The notes under the pieces are model-generated. The model was not told the origin of the DNA, searched no databases, and worked only from the letters and a program-made list of their open reading frames with translations. Positions 8,989-19,444 of a stretch of 64,000 nt of DNA are shown in pieces. The first letter of the stretch is position 1. Every line of letters begins with the position of its first letter. The position numbers and the translations under genes are program-made. This DNA is from Candidatus Poribacteria bacterium (GTDB taxonomy: Bacteria; Poribacteria; WGA-4E; PCPOR2b): assembly GCA_965218095.1 (NCBI GenBank), contig OZ244587.1, forward strand, positions 6,016,001-6,080,000. Reading direction: 5' to 3'.

Positions 8989-10134
8989 TTACCCCTTCCT
9001 CAGATATCGAGAGGGGGTACGGCGGGGCGCCATGCTGCGGAAGAAACGCTCATAATCCGGCTCTTTCGTCAGCGGCAGCGTCACCTCTCGCTTTTCCTGG
9101 GCGGATAAATACGTCGCACTGGTCACCTCAACCGCAGCGCGCCCCATCTCCCCATCTGTAATCGGGCGCTTTCCAGACCGCACGCAATCCACGAAGTGAT
9201 CCAGCTCGACCTTGTACTGGCCAAATTGCACCCCTTCTCCCAGCCAGTTACGGCTGTGTTTGGGCTGGTGGTTCTCCCGCAGACGCCCGTAGCGATGCAG
9301 GTATATCTCGTGGGGCGTCGTGTAGCGCCACACCTCCGAGGCGTGCCTCGTCTCAATTGTTCCTGTCTCCCCGAAGATCAGGTAGTGTTCCTCGCCCTCA
9401 CGGTGAAAGTACCGGGTGGCTTGATGGACGCTTCTGGCACCCGACTCGTGGGTACATATCACGATGTAGTCGTTTTCGACCTCCGGGTAGGGCCCGGTGA
9501 TGTCGAAGGTGGCGATCACAGCGCGGATCGGGCCGGCCCACCACTGCACCAAGTTCACGCTGTGGGCGCCGTGGTCCTGCCATTGGCCGCCCCAGGTTTG
9601 AAGCGACCCTCGCCACCGAGGATCGATCCAGCCGCTTTCATCCGGTCCCCAATCCCAGTTATGGCGGATGCCCATCACCTGGCCAATGGCGCCCGTTTCT
9701 ATCAGTGCCGCGACTTTTCTCATTGACCGGTTGAAGCGCTTCATGAAAGCGACCATCAGAATCGTGCTAGCCTTCTGATGAGCTGCGAGAATCGCGTCGC
9801 ATTCGCTCGGCGTTCGCGCCATCGGTTTTTCCAACAGGACGTGGACCCCTCGTTCTGCACAAGCGACCGCGTGGGCCGCATGTTCGTAAACAGGGGTCGC
9901 AATCAATGCCACGTCTAAGTTTTCCTTGTCGAGGCACTCCTCCAACGTATGGTAGCCGTTGCTGAAGCCATACGCGTCCCGGGCCGCGGCGAGCCCGTCA
10001 TCCCGGGAATCCACCACGGCGACCACGTCAAGACCTTCCACAAAGCGGAGTACCGCACCGAACATCGTATGTAGGCAACTACCCAATCCTACGAATGCCA
10101 TCCGTAATGGTCTGTTCATAGCTACCATAACCAA
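8989..10134 (-). CDS. Gfo/Idh/MocA family oxidoreductase
   Basis: AFVGLG, HVLLEKPMA, FMKRFN, DHGAH. Confidence 0.92.
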   Translation of the reverse strand: MVMVAMNRPLRMAFVGLGSCLHTMFGAVLRFVEGLDVVAVVDSRDDGLAAARDAYGFSNGYHTLEECLDKENLDVALIATPVYEHAAHAVACAERGVHVLLEKPMARTPSECDAILAAHQKASTILMVAFMKRFNRSMRKVAALIETGAIGQVMGIRHNWDWGPDESGWIDPRWRGSLQTWGGQWQDHGAHSVNLVQWWAGPIRAVIATFDITGPYPEVENDYIVICTHESGARSVHQATRYFHREGEEHYLIFGETGTIETRHASEVWRYTTPHEIYLHRYGRLRENHQPKHSRNWLGEGVQFGQYKVELDHFVDCVRSGKRPITDGEMGRAAVEVTSATYLSAQEKREVTLPLTKEPDYERFFRSMAPRRTPSRYLRKG

Positions 10135-10271
10135 TATCCTCCATTCTCGATTTCAACAATTCCGAGGTAGAATTCCTTGCTGTCCGATTTGTGCCGCACA
10201 CGAGCCACCAAATCCTCACCGCCGAACATTATCCACTCGGAGAACACGTCCTTTTCAATACAACGTGCGAG

Positions 10272-10707
10272 TCAAAATCGGCGTTTGACATCCCCCCAGA
10301 TTATCGGTAATTTCTCTTGCGGTTCGACGGCCAGGTTGGCTCCGGAAGGCGTCTTGTTGGCGTCAAACCCCTGCCTCCACGTTGCAAAGATGGCATCCAT
10401 ATAGGCCCCATCCTCTTGCTGAATAAGGTAGAACGTATGTTTGCCAGCCGTCAACTTTAGGGGCGTCGCATCACCGATGCCTTCAAATGGCCCACTGTGA
10501 CTACTCGACCGGTACCACGTCCAACCGTGCACCACCTTTTCCGGGGGTGGATCGCCCAACACGAAACGAATACTTGAACCAGGAACCGGTGCTACTTTCT
10601 GCACCGTTGATCGACCCGACAAACGCGTTGCCGGAAGTCTCAGCGATTTTATATTTTACTCTATTCACATCCGTTTCCTCATGCGGGGGTCTCAAAACCT
10701 CCGGACT
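10272..10707 (-). pseudogene. Remnant of secreted protein with AVEPQEKLPIIWGDVK tail
   Basis: Two overlapping out-of-frame pieces (10501..10695 and 10272..10622). The N-terminus is missing next to the IS5. Confidence 0.7.
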
Positions 10708-10737
10708 TTAAGTGAAAAACTCGTAAAATTTGTATTA

Positions 10738-11557
10738 GGTTCTGTTGACATTTGAGTATAAGGTTGTGGCATAATAGAAGAATGACGCCAATAACCTTAC
10801 CTGATGAACAATGGAATAAGATATACCGGTTTCTTCTTAGCTGTCCCACCATCTATGTTGGCGACGAAGCTGCTACACGCCGCTTCGTCGAAGCAGTTCT
10901 GTGGGTGACTCGTAGCGGGGCTCAATGGAGACTTCTACCAGACACCTATGGCAAATGGAACACCCTCTACAAGCGTTTTGCTCGATGGTGCGACAAAGGT
11001 ATCTTCACACAGATGCACTCCCACTTCGCCTCTGACCCCGATATCGAGTCGCTTATTGTGGACAGTACCATCTGCCGCGCTCACCCGTGTGCGGCGGGCG
11101 CCTTAAAAAAAAGGGTGGCACTGAAAACCAAGCATTAGGTCGGTCTCGGGGCGGTTTCAGTACAAAAAATCACATCACAGTTGACGGACTAGGCAATCCC
11201 CTAAGAATTCATCTGACACCCGGTCAGAGACATGACATAACTGAGGCGGAAGGGTTGATAATCGGATATAACAGTGAATATGTGATTGGAGACAAGGGGT
11301 ACGATTCGGACGCTTTTATCGCGGTTATTGGGGCGAATGGAGCGATTGCGGTGATACCGCCAAAAAGTCATCGTGTTGACCAAAGAACGTATGACAAACA
11401 CTTATACAAAGAGAGACATCGGGTTGAATGTTTCATCAACAAGATAAAATGGTATCGTCGTATCTTCTCTCGGTTTGAGAAGCTAGCTGTCCGTTATTTT
11501 GGATTTCTCAGCTTTGTCGCCACTCTTATATGGCTCCCTTGAAATGTCAACAGAACC
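10738..11557 (+). mobile_element. IS5-family insertion sequence (820 bp)
   Basis: Perfect 16-bp IRs GGTTCTGTTGACATTT / AAATGTCAACAGAACC, flanked by TA on both sides. Confidence 0.92.
10782..11542 (+). CDS. IS5 transposase (two ORFs joined by probable -1 frameshift)
   Basis: SGAQWRLLP..YGKWNTLYKRF, VDST, GRSRGGFSTK.H, GDKGYDS, YKERHRVE. A8G slippery run at about 11105-11113. Confidence 0.9.
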
Positions 11558-11834
11558 TAGTGCCCAGATTACCTGTTATTGATGCCTTGCCAACTTGTTC
11601 ATTCTCTTTTATAATAAACCTTGGTCCACCATTTAAAAATGATCTGTCAATCGAGTCTGTTTCAAGTCCATCATCGGAATTAAAGGATTGATGCCTACCT
11701 TTTACATATATCTTAAAAGAGTTGAAATCTGATAAATTGGGATAAGTGCCCGCCCGCTGAAACAATTGGAATTGGGCACCCGTCAAGGTCACACTCATAG
11801 CCAGCAGCAAACCCGCCAGCAGCAATATCTCCAT
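11547..11834 (-). pseudogene. Short secreted hypothetical protein running into the IS5 end
   Basis: Signal-peptide-like N-terminus. The stop codon lies inside the IS inverted repeat. Confidence 0.45.
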
Positions 11835-11865
11835 ACGTCAAGCGATTTTCTTCTCTCTTTCATCG

Positions 11866-13074
11866 CTACCGCCTCCCTAAGATCCTCTCAAAAAGTGTGT
11901 CCAGGTATCGCTGATCCTGTTCTCCGTATTCCTTAGTAAGATACTCCTCTATCTCAGAACGACTGTATCCGTCTGCTAGCGTGTCCCGGATAAAAATCTC
12001 AATCGGATCTGTAACCACGTTAATTCCTGAAAGTTTTTCTGAGTCAGTTTCAGGTGGCTTGTCCCATTCCTCTTTAAATATCTCTGGCACTTCAAACTCC
12101 GAACTCAAACCGAACTCTGGCTTTACATCGTCCAGGAAGCTCGCGTTTGCCACGCCAAACACATTTTTGTAAAAGTTTTTCTGGTTCGTTTTCGCCGAAT
12201 CTTCGAACGCCTTGAGGTTGCGAAGGTTCACCGTCCAGCTCCGACTCCGACTGATATCGGAAAACACCCGCTCGTATGCTTTTTTATCGCTCTCTGCAAC
12301 CGATAACGATGCGAGGTATTCAGTAATTACTTGACTCCAAACAGTGCGGTACTCAGCCAGCAGCGGATCAGAAGTTGTTCCCATATCTACCCCTTTTTTT
12401 CGCATTTTAACCAAAATACTCTTCAATCGCTTCGTCGCTGACAGCATCTTCCATCGACTATCTTCTTGCTCCCGCATTTTTGTGGTGACATTCGTCATCC
12501 CGATGTTCCGCAATATCGATTTGGTCTTCGTATATTTGCCATCTCCCCGTTCCTTGTCTTGGTTTATTGCCTTAATCAACCTGTGGCCCATCGTGTACGC
12601 CTCTTTCTGCGTCTTTGTGCCCGCTGTTGCAACATTGAAGCCGCCTTGCACTGCTGTAGGCGCATGCGATAAATCCGGCTCAATATCCTCTTTCTTCGGG
12701 AGCTTAGCGTTGAGCTCTGCCTTATACTGATTTATTGCGATGTTCCTTAGTTGATCTTTCAGGTCGTCGTCGCCAGCATAGTTATTGATGTCCTCCAATT
12801 CCCGCAGAAATTTCTGGAAGTCTGTTTCCTCAATGCCGGATGCCTTTTGCAGAGCTGCCAGTTTGCCTAGTTGCGCTTGCTTTAATAAATCAGGATTATC
12901 AGGGTTCTCCGCTATCAATAAATTCCAGCCCTCAAAGATCTCATCCAGTCCTGTCTTCCGATTGTAATGCCCTCCCGAGCTGTCAGTTCCGCCACTGTGG
13001 GAAAAGGCACTCAAGGGAATCAGGGAAACCACACCAATCACAAACAACAAAACCTTCGTATGTCGGCTCATCAT
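11866..13074 (-). CDS. Secreted hypothetical protein with N-terminal YHYH-like stub
   Basis: 402-aa ORF with RBS AAGGAG and signal peptide. HSGGTDSSGGHYNRKTG is followed by a charged helical region. Confidence 0.7.
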   Translation of the reverse strand: MMSRHTKVLLFVIGVVSLIPLSAFSHSGGTDSSGGHYNRKTGLDEIFEGWNLLIAENPDNPDLLKQAQLGKLAALQKASGIEETDFQKFLRELEDINNYAGDDDLKDQLRNIAINQYKAELNAKLPKKEDIEPDLSHAPTAVQGGFNVATAGTKTQKEAYTMGHRLIKAINQDKERGDGKYTKTKSILRNIGMTNVTTKMREQEDSRWKMLSATKRLKSILVKMRKKGVDMGTTSDPLLAEYRTVWSQVITEYLASLSVAESDKKAYERVFSDISRSRSWTVNLRNLKAFEDSAKTNQKNFYKNVFGVANASFLDDVKPEFGLSSEFEVPEIFKEEWDKPPETDSEKLSGINVVTDPIEIFIRDTLADGYSRSEIEEYLTKEYGEQDQRYLDTLFERILGRR

Positions 13075-13103
13075 AATCTGCTCCTTATTTTTGGGAGTCA
13101 GGG

Positions 13104-13649
13104 CTATTGCCCAGTAGTAACAAAATAAATCGTTTCTTTTAACGGATTACCGGCAGCATCTGCAACATCGATTTCAACCGCGTATGCGCCCTCATGGATG
13201 AGTTCCAAGCCTGCAACCGCAGTTAGCATTGCTGTATTTCCCTGCACCTGTCCAATCCAATTGAAGTCAGTCCCAGCTTCATCAATGAGTCTGATACTTC
13301 CAGTGACATCCTCACTGAAATCAAACCGGAAGCCGCCGGCATTGATCGGCGCGGGGTCAACCATGTCCCCATCAATCACCGTACTACTGACGATTACCGG
13401 CGGTGCCACATCTTGAGAAGCTTTCTTAAATACCTTAAATACAATGACACTTCCATCATCATCATTGAGTGTTAGCGTATCCCCTTCTCTAACCCACATC
13501 CCCATCTTTACTACTTTTTCCACGGTGTTTGCTGTGTCGTCTCCAAAAGGAGACTCTGCTGTTAATGTTGTGAATGTATAGTTAAAACCATCTAAGGCAT
13601 AAGTACCCATAGCTTTGATTGAAAACAGTATTTGCTCAACCCCATCCAC
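13104..13649 (-). CDS. Ig-like (Big-type) domain protein, probably N-terminally truncated
   Basis: PPVIVSSTV.DG, FDFSEDV, V.DAAGN...I.FVT. No signal peptide. Confidence 0.6.
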   Translation of the reverse strand: MDGVEQILFSIKAMGTYALDGFNYTFTTLTAESPFGDDTANTVEKVVKMGMWVREGDTLTLNDDDGSVIVFKVFKKASQDVAPPVIVSSTVIDGDMVDPAPINAGGFRFDFSEDVTGSIRLIDEAGTDFNWIGQVQGNTAMLTAVAGLELIHEGAYAVEIDVADAAGNPLKETIYFVTTGQ

Positions 13650-13689
13650 ATGGATCCGCGCCAGGAGCGGAATGCCTAGACTGAAAGTT

Positions 13690-13895
13690 GAACAAACTAT
13701 TTATAAAATACTTAACTTCGCCCCATCCCAAGTGCCGGTGACATGCAGCCATCCTTGACCGATAACGGTTGTTGCAGAGTCGAGTCGAACGATGAGGTAA
13801 AACGTATGATCGCCTGCTGTCAATGCCACGGGCGTCGGATCGTCATACGAGCCGACACCTAGAAATGGGCCACTGCGACTGCTCAACCGGTACCG
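13690..13895 (-). pseudogene. Fused remnants of secreted-protein domains (SSRSGPF module plus LamG-like piece)
   Basis: YRLSSRSGPF...LTAGDHTFYLI resembles 10420-10520. It is followed by WLHVTGTWDGAKLSI. Confidence 0.55.
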
Positions 13896-14312
13896 TGTAA
13901 ATTAATGGAGTATATCCTCCGGTGGCGGGTCGCCAGCCGGGAAGTTGTCGGAGTTTCCGGCTGCCTCATTGCTTTACGAATTATACGATTTCGATTTTGG
14001 GGATCGAAAGCGTATCAATTTTGGCCGAAGTCGTCCGTGACGTGTAACGATTTTATGAGACTAACGGCAAAAATTAAATTCGCAGCAATTTCTGCTGCCA
14101 TTTTCAAAGCGGGATTTTAGCACTCTTTCTATTTTATGTCAAGCATAAAAATGCCAAAAAATTTGCGTGACAAGCACAATCTGTCTGTAGCGCCCTCGCG
14201 CAATCTGTCAGATATCGGGAAAATGCGCTCGTAGCCTAAGATTCTATATCTTGGCCTTTGCAGCAGAACCAAGTTAGAAACTTGGACTACAATTGGATCG
14301 ACGAATCAGTTC

Positions 14313-14327
14313 GTCAACAGAGCCTAG
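14313..14327. mobile_element. Solo IS5-like end
   Basis: GTCAACAGAGCCTAG matches 11546-11560 at 14/15. Confidence 0.45.
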
Positions 14328-14383
14328 TATACTGTAAAATAAATCCTGATAAATGACTTGTCAAGACTAATTTCACAGAGCAC

Positions 14384-16343
14384 CTAGCCCGGTGCAAAGT
14401 CGTAGATCGGCGCACGAATAATAACGCTCAACACGCTCCAGAACGCACCCACGCAGTACTCACCCAAAATCACACCAAAGAAAAAGAAGATTCCTTTCCG
14501 ATACCGCGCAGGACCTCCATATTTCAAGATAATCCATTTGATAATTGTGCTAATCACCAGGCAAGTCCAGAAATACTCGACACCGAAAGTCATCGAGATA
14601 GCATAACCAGCGGGGTGCAGGGGCCACCAGATAAATCACATGCGCATAATCATTAGTATGAAAGTGAAGATCATGCCGCCCCCCATGAAACTAATCGCGG
14701 GAACGTCGGCCTCCCGGGGAAAGGCGAAAAGTCCAGCAAGCCAGCGAAACTGACCGCGAACATGTCCGACGGAAGGTCCAATGCCGCCGCCTGCACCCGT
14801 CACCGCACCGCCTAAGCGGTAAAGCTCGGTTACGATTGCCCAGAAGAACGCGAGCGATCCCATCACAACGGCGATAACCATCGCCAGCCCAAGCTTCCTG
14901 GTATTCATTCGCCCCCGCTCCGCCATTTTGAATGCTTCCAATTGATGGGGCATAATGTGTTCACGATAACCGCGTCCACTAAAGAACCAAAAATAGGGAA
15001 AGACCGTCAGGTTATTCGAGCCAATGGGGCGTGTTCCCAGGATATTGATCAGGAACTGTTGGGCATTGACCATGCCCGCCATTTCATGTGCCGGGGGCCC
15101 CACTTCCGCACGAACTCGCGTAATGGCTAAAGAGATCGCATAGAAGAACCCGAAGAAGGGGGCAATAATCGGGAGCGTCATACCGGCTTGGAGGCAGAAC
15201 CAGATGATGAACAAACTGGAGAGAATGATCAGGAGGAGAGCCGTTCGGTAGCGGATCGGTTCCTGGGAATCGTCGATCCCATTTGGACTGCCGAAAATTG
15301 TACGGGCAACGTTAAACAGGTGTCTGCGTGTAACGATCAGTGCGGACATGAAGATCGCCATCCACGCGCCGATGGATTGCTCACTGGGGTAAGGGAAGGG
15401 AGATGGAATGCCCACGGCGCTGCCGAAAACACGCTGGAGTCGATTGACAATGAAGAAAAACTAGATTGAGAAGGAGAGATCAAGGGGTAGCAAAAATCCA
15501 AGCCCGATCAGAAAAGGATAAAAAGGGACGGGTACGGCGCCAACAGCGTTCCAGGGTTTCTCCGTAAAGAGGCTCCCCCAATTCCGGGCATTATGCCGGA
15601 CGCTGAAATCCGGCAGGATGGGATAGAAATGCGCTAAGCCGTGCCAGATGTCGAGCGCAGCGGCGATGATGAAGCCGTACCATAACAGACGATTTTGGAA
15701 AAAGCTGGACGTGCCGCCCCGCTCTGTGATCGCCATGGGTAGTTGAATGATTGGATAGGCGAGTTTTTCATGCTCAGTCCACTGCTTCCGAACGATCACG
15801 TTAAGACAGATCATGATCGTTCCGAGCGCAAGGATAAAAGCCGTCTACCATAACGTCGGACCGATCCATGCTCCCAGAATCGTCTGCGTGTAGAATGGTG
15901 TATCTCCTTCATAGAACCCGCGGATAATGTCCTTGTCAGAAACAACGAGATGTTTGGGAATATAAGCGTGAAACAGACCCGCCCAATCGTTTTCAGGCGT
16001 TGCAAACCAGAAGGCATGCGGAATAGCGGGAATGGTCAAAGCCAGGCTATCGTGTCCAGCCAATCCGGATGCGATCGAGAGCATCACATAGATCGTGATC
16101 ATCTCCCCCTGTGTGAGGGCTGTGTTCGGGGCGATCCGCTTGATGAACAGATTAATCAAGATCAGAATAAATAGGTTGAGAACGACATTCCAGAAAAGGG
16201 AAATTGTGGTTGGGTGTCCGGAATGCCAGACACACTCGACTTCAATGACCCAAAAAACATTCGGTGGGATCAGTAGGAGAGAAATTAGAATGGCACGCTA
16301 GGTGACTCCTGGTTCCTGAGGAGTTTTTTTTTGCACGCTTCAT
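14384..16343 (-). pseudogene. Polytopic membrane protein (OPT-like, DUF6785/DUF6784 type) with four in-frame stops
   Basis: Fragments share one frame. Motifs RKQWTEHEKLAYPI, TRVRAEVG, WWPLHPAGY. Stops at 16298, 15845, 15461 (TAG) and 14636 (TGA). Probable frameshift in an A9 run near the start. Confidence 0.85.
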
Positions 16344-16424
16344 CCCTAAACAAATACGATTGGATTCCCTTGTTTTCTGGCAACGGTAGTGCACTACATG
16401 TAATGCTGTGGAATGTGGTTGACA

Positions 16425-16570
16425 GAAACTTTTCGATGCCATGATCTTTACCTCGGCGTAAAACGGTTCCACCACTTCGATCAGTGTTTGCCAGATGTCG
16501 CCCTTGAGGGGGATGTCGTCGCGGCAGCGTTTCCGGCGTAATCGCGCTTCAAGGTCGCCAGGCACAGGCA
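16425..16570 (-). pseudogene. Remnant: Ldh_2-like C-terminus followed by first codons of a sialidase paralogue
   Basis: VPGDLEARLRRKR..DIPL...WQTL, then MASKSF. 30 bp are identical to 8607-8636. Confidence 0.6.
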
Positions 16571-16575
16571 CGACG

Positions 16576-17430
16576 TTAAAACGCCGCAATATTGAGGACT
16601 GTCTTTTCCTGTGGAGTCAGCGCCGCGATCTGCCCCTTGCTCATCTCGCGGAAATGCGTATTCGGCGGCACCTTGGCCTCTAGCCCCCAGAACGTGCGCT
16701 CCTCCAGCGTCATTTGCTGGCGAATTTCTGCTGGCACGAGGCGATACGAATCGTTGAATCCTTTCAGCCACCAGCGATGGAAGTAATAAACCAGAGAGTA
16801 CCGAGGGCTGTCGCCACAGTTGGCACCGCTCGTGTGCCACAGGGCCGAGTCCCAAAGGATGACCGATCCGGCGGGGGCTTCAGCGCGGATGTAGCCAAGT
16901 GGTAGTGTCTCGGGCTGTTCCGGCGGAATCTCGTTTTTCAGGTGCGAGCCTGGCCACAGATACGTGGCCCCCGTCTTTTCCGTAAACTCGGCGATCGCCC
17001 ATACCGATTGGATCGCCATCGCATAATGCTTTCCGCCAATAAACGGGTCAATGGTGAAGTGATGCCAGTCGGCGTGCAGGTACCCGCCGAGTTTCGTCCA
17101 GTCCTTTTTGCCCGTCGGCAGCGGCTTACGAATCGCCACGTTGTGAGCGAACATGTCGTCGCCAAGGACACGGCGGATGACCTGCACTGGCGTCTGATGA
17201 CGCAGGGCAAGCCCATAAAAGTACGGGTGCTTACCCTGAGCGTTGTAGCACATCTGCAAATCTTCGTTTTGTAGGCCGTACTTCGTCGCGGTTTCTCGCT
17301 CGGCGTCCAGCACCAGGTTAATCGCCTGCTTCGTCTTTTCGATCTCCTCTGGCGGCAATACGTCCCGAATGATGGTGTAGCCTTCTCTTTCCAGTTCATT
17401 CACGTGTTGGTCGATATCAAATCCAGCCAT
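16576..17430 (-). CDS. Phytanoyl-CoA dioxygenase (PhyH) family Fe(II)/2OG enzyme
   Basis: LEREGY, LHAD, GAT...PGSH, GSVILWDSALWH...N...R. Start MAGFD follows AAGGAG. Confidence 0.92.
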   Translation of the reverse strand: MAGFDIDQHVNELEREGYTIIRDVLPPEEIEKTKQAINLVLDAERETATKYGLQNEDLQMCYNAQGKHPYFYGLALRHQTPVQVIRRVLGDDMFAHNVAIRKPLPTGKKDWTKLGGYLHADWHHFTIDPFIGGKHYAMAIQSVWAIAEFTEKTGATYLWPGSHLKNEIPPEQPETLPLGYIRAEAPAGSVILWDSALWHTSGANCGDSPRYSLVYYFHRWWLKGFNDSYRLVPAEIRQQMTLEERTFWGLEAKVPPNTHFREMSKGQIAALTPQEKTVLNIAAF

Positions 17431-17575
17431 TTCAAATCTCCTTTGTGTCAATGTATTTTATACCATTATAGGTCATAACTTATACCACGACATTTTGCAT
17501 CCCTGACAGATCGGGATTTCGCCAGACTTATTCCGATGGATCGGAATCTCCGGTGTTCGCTATTTTCTATCTAGA

Positions 17576-18490
17576 TCAGATTGGGTTAGGCCAACGTGGG
17601 ATCAGCGGGTGTGGTTTTGAATGTACCAACTGCTTCTCCCACATACTTACCCATTCAGGATGGGTAAGCTCGCTCTCAGGTTGACTTCGGCTTCTTACGA
17701 TAAATCCTTCATAATACGGATGGCCGGTCGGCTTGGATGGATCCTGGTAGCGCAGATCTATGCTCCAGCGGGTGCGGTCCGAGATGTTTGGAATGCTTGA
17801 GTGGCAGGTGAAGTTGTGGAATATGATAAGACCGCCCGGCTTTGTAGGAAGTGGTTTTGGTTCGCCTGGGGGAAGCTCCTCATCCGGAATGATGTAAGTA
17901 AAGAAAAAGGGCGCTTTGTTAACGCTTTGGTGGAGGCACAGACCATGCTTATGGCTGCCCGGTATCACAGACAGGCAACCGTTCTCCATATTAGCCTCGG
18001 TAAAGGGGATCCAAGCTGTCAGAAGCAGAGTGTTATCGGCCTCTGGACGGAATACACCTGCATCTTGATGCCAGGGCACTCTCCTACCACCGTATCGGTA
18101 ACCATCCATATGCGTATTATCGCGCATCCGCGGGCGGACCACTTGAGTGGGATGACACAGAATCTCCGGGCCAACCAGGGACTCAATAACATCAAGTAGC
18201 TTGGGATTGCGCATCAGGTGAAACATGGCTGGACCCTTAGTCTGAATAGGGCCCAGCCCATCGGTAATGGACTTTGCCTCCTCAGCCAGAAGGGCAATGC
18301 GACGATCGAAAGGCTCACGCTCGTGAAGGGAGGTGATTTTGCCCTCGGCGTACAATTTGCGCGCCCTTCGATCTATAATACCTTCGAACTCCCAGATGAC
18401 GGGATTTAGATCCTCAGGGGCCAGGAGGTTATCGAGTTGGAGGTAACCCTCCTCGTGAAATTTGTCGATCTGAGATTGCGTAAGCTTCAT
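17576..18490 (-). CDS. PhyH family dioxygenase (tandem copy A)
   Basis: FHEEGY, PWHQD, NGCL.VIPGSH, HSSIPN...RWSIDLRY. Confidence 0.93.
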   Translation of the reverse strand: MKLTQSQIDKFHEEGYLQLDNLLAPEDLNPVIWEFEGIIDRRARKLYAEGKITSLHEREPFDRRIALLAEEAKSITDGLGPIQTKGPAMFHLMRNPKLLDVIESLVGPEILCHPTQVVRPRMRDNTHMDGYRYGGRRVPWHQDAGVFRPEADNTLLLTAWIPFTEANMENGCLSVIPGSHKHGLCLHQSVNKAPFFFTYIIPDEELPPGEPKPLPTKPGGLIIFHNFTCHSSIPNISDRTRWSIDLRYQDPSKPTGHPYYEGFIVRSRSQPESELTHPEWVSMWEKQLVHSKPHPLIPRWPNPI

Positions 18491-18529
18491 CGTTATTTTT
18501 CCTCCTATTTGAATCTCTATGATACGAGA

Positions 18530-19444
18530 TCAGATCGGGTTAGGCCAGCGTGCAATCGGGGGCCACGGCTCTGAATGGACCAATTGTTTTTCCCACATGC
18601 TAACCCACTCAGGATATGTAAACTCACCCTCAGGGGCCTTTCGGCTTCGAACAATAAAACCTTCAAAGTACGGATGGCCGGTCGGCTTGGACAGGTCCTG
18701 GTAGCGCAGGTCTACGCTCCAACGGATGCTATCCGAGGCGTTTGGCATGCTTGAGTGGCAGATAAAGTTATTGAATAGGAGAAGGCCACCCGGCTTGATA
18801 GGGAGTGGTTTCGGTTTGCCCAAGGGCAACTTCTCCTCCGGGATGGTGTAGGCGGAAACAATGGGCGGTTTGTTGACGGTTTCGTGGTAGCACAGGCCAT
18901 GTTTGTGGCTGCTAGGTATCACTGCCAAGCAACTGTTCTTCATAGTAGCCTCGGTAAACGGTATCCAGGCTGTTACAAGCAGGGTATTGTCACCCTCTGG
19001 CCGTAAGACGCCGGCGTCTTGATGCCAGGGAATTCTTCTACCACTGTACCGGTAACCGTGCATGTGGGTATCATCACGCATCCGCGGACGAACCACATGT
19101 GTGGGATGACATAGAATCTCCGGGCCAACTAAAGACTCGATAAAATTAAGTATCTTAGGATTGCGCATCAGGTAGAAGATAGCCGCCCCCTTAGTAAAGC
19201 TAGGGCTGAGCCCATCGGTGAGGGATTTCGCCTCCTCAGCCAGGAGGGCGATGCGACGGTCGAAAGGCTCACGCTCGTGAAGGGAGGTGATTTTGCCCTC
19301 GGCGTACAATTTGCGCGCTCTCCGATCTATGATACCTTCGAACTCCCAGATGACGGGGTTTAGATCCTCAGGGGCCAGGACGTTATCGAGTTGGAGGTAA
19401 CCCTCCTCGTGAAATTTGTCGATTTGAGATTGCGTAAGCTTCAT
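18530..19444 (-). CDS. PhyH family dioxygenase (tandem copy B)
   Basis: Same motifs as copy A. Start MKLTQS at 19444 by homology and RBS GGAGG. Confidence 0.93.
   Translation of the reverse strand: MKLTQSQIDKFHEEGYLQLDNVLAPEDLNPVIWEFEGIIDRRARKLYAEGKITSLHEREPFDRRIALLAEEAKSLTDGLSPSFTKGAAIFYLMRNPKILNFIESLVGPEILCHPTHVVRPRMRDDTHMHGYRYSGRRIPWHQDAGVLRPEGDNTLLVTAWIPFTEATMKNSCLAVIPSSHKHGLCYHETVNKPPIVSAYTIPEEKLPLGKPKPLPIKPGGLLLFNNFICHSSMPNASDSIRWSVDLRYQDLSKPTGHPYFEGFIVRSRKAPEGEFTYPEWVSMWEKQLVHSEPWPPIARWPNPI

Noticed and set aside
14384-16343. TAG reassignment to Trp or pyrrolysine
   Set aside because: Intact genes (peptidase C26, aldolase, IS1595 transposase) end in TAG. The affected genes also contain TGA stops or frameshifts and use TGG normally.
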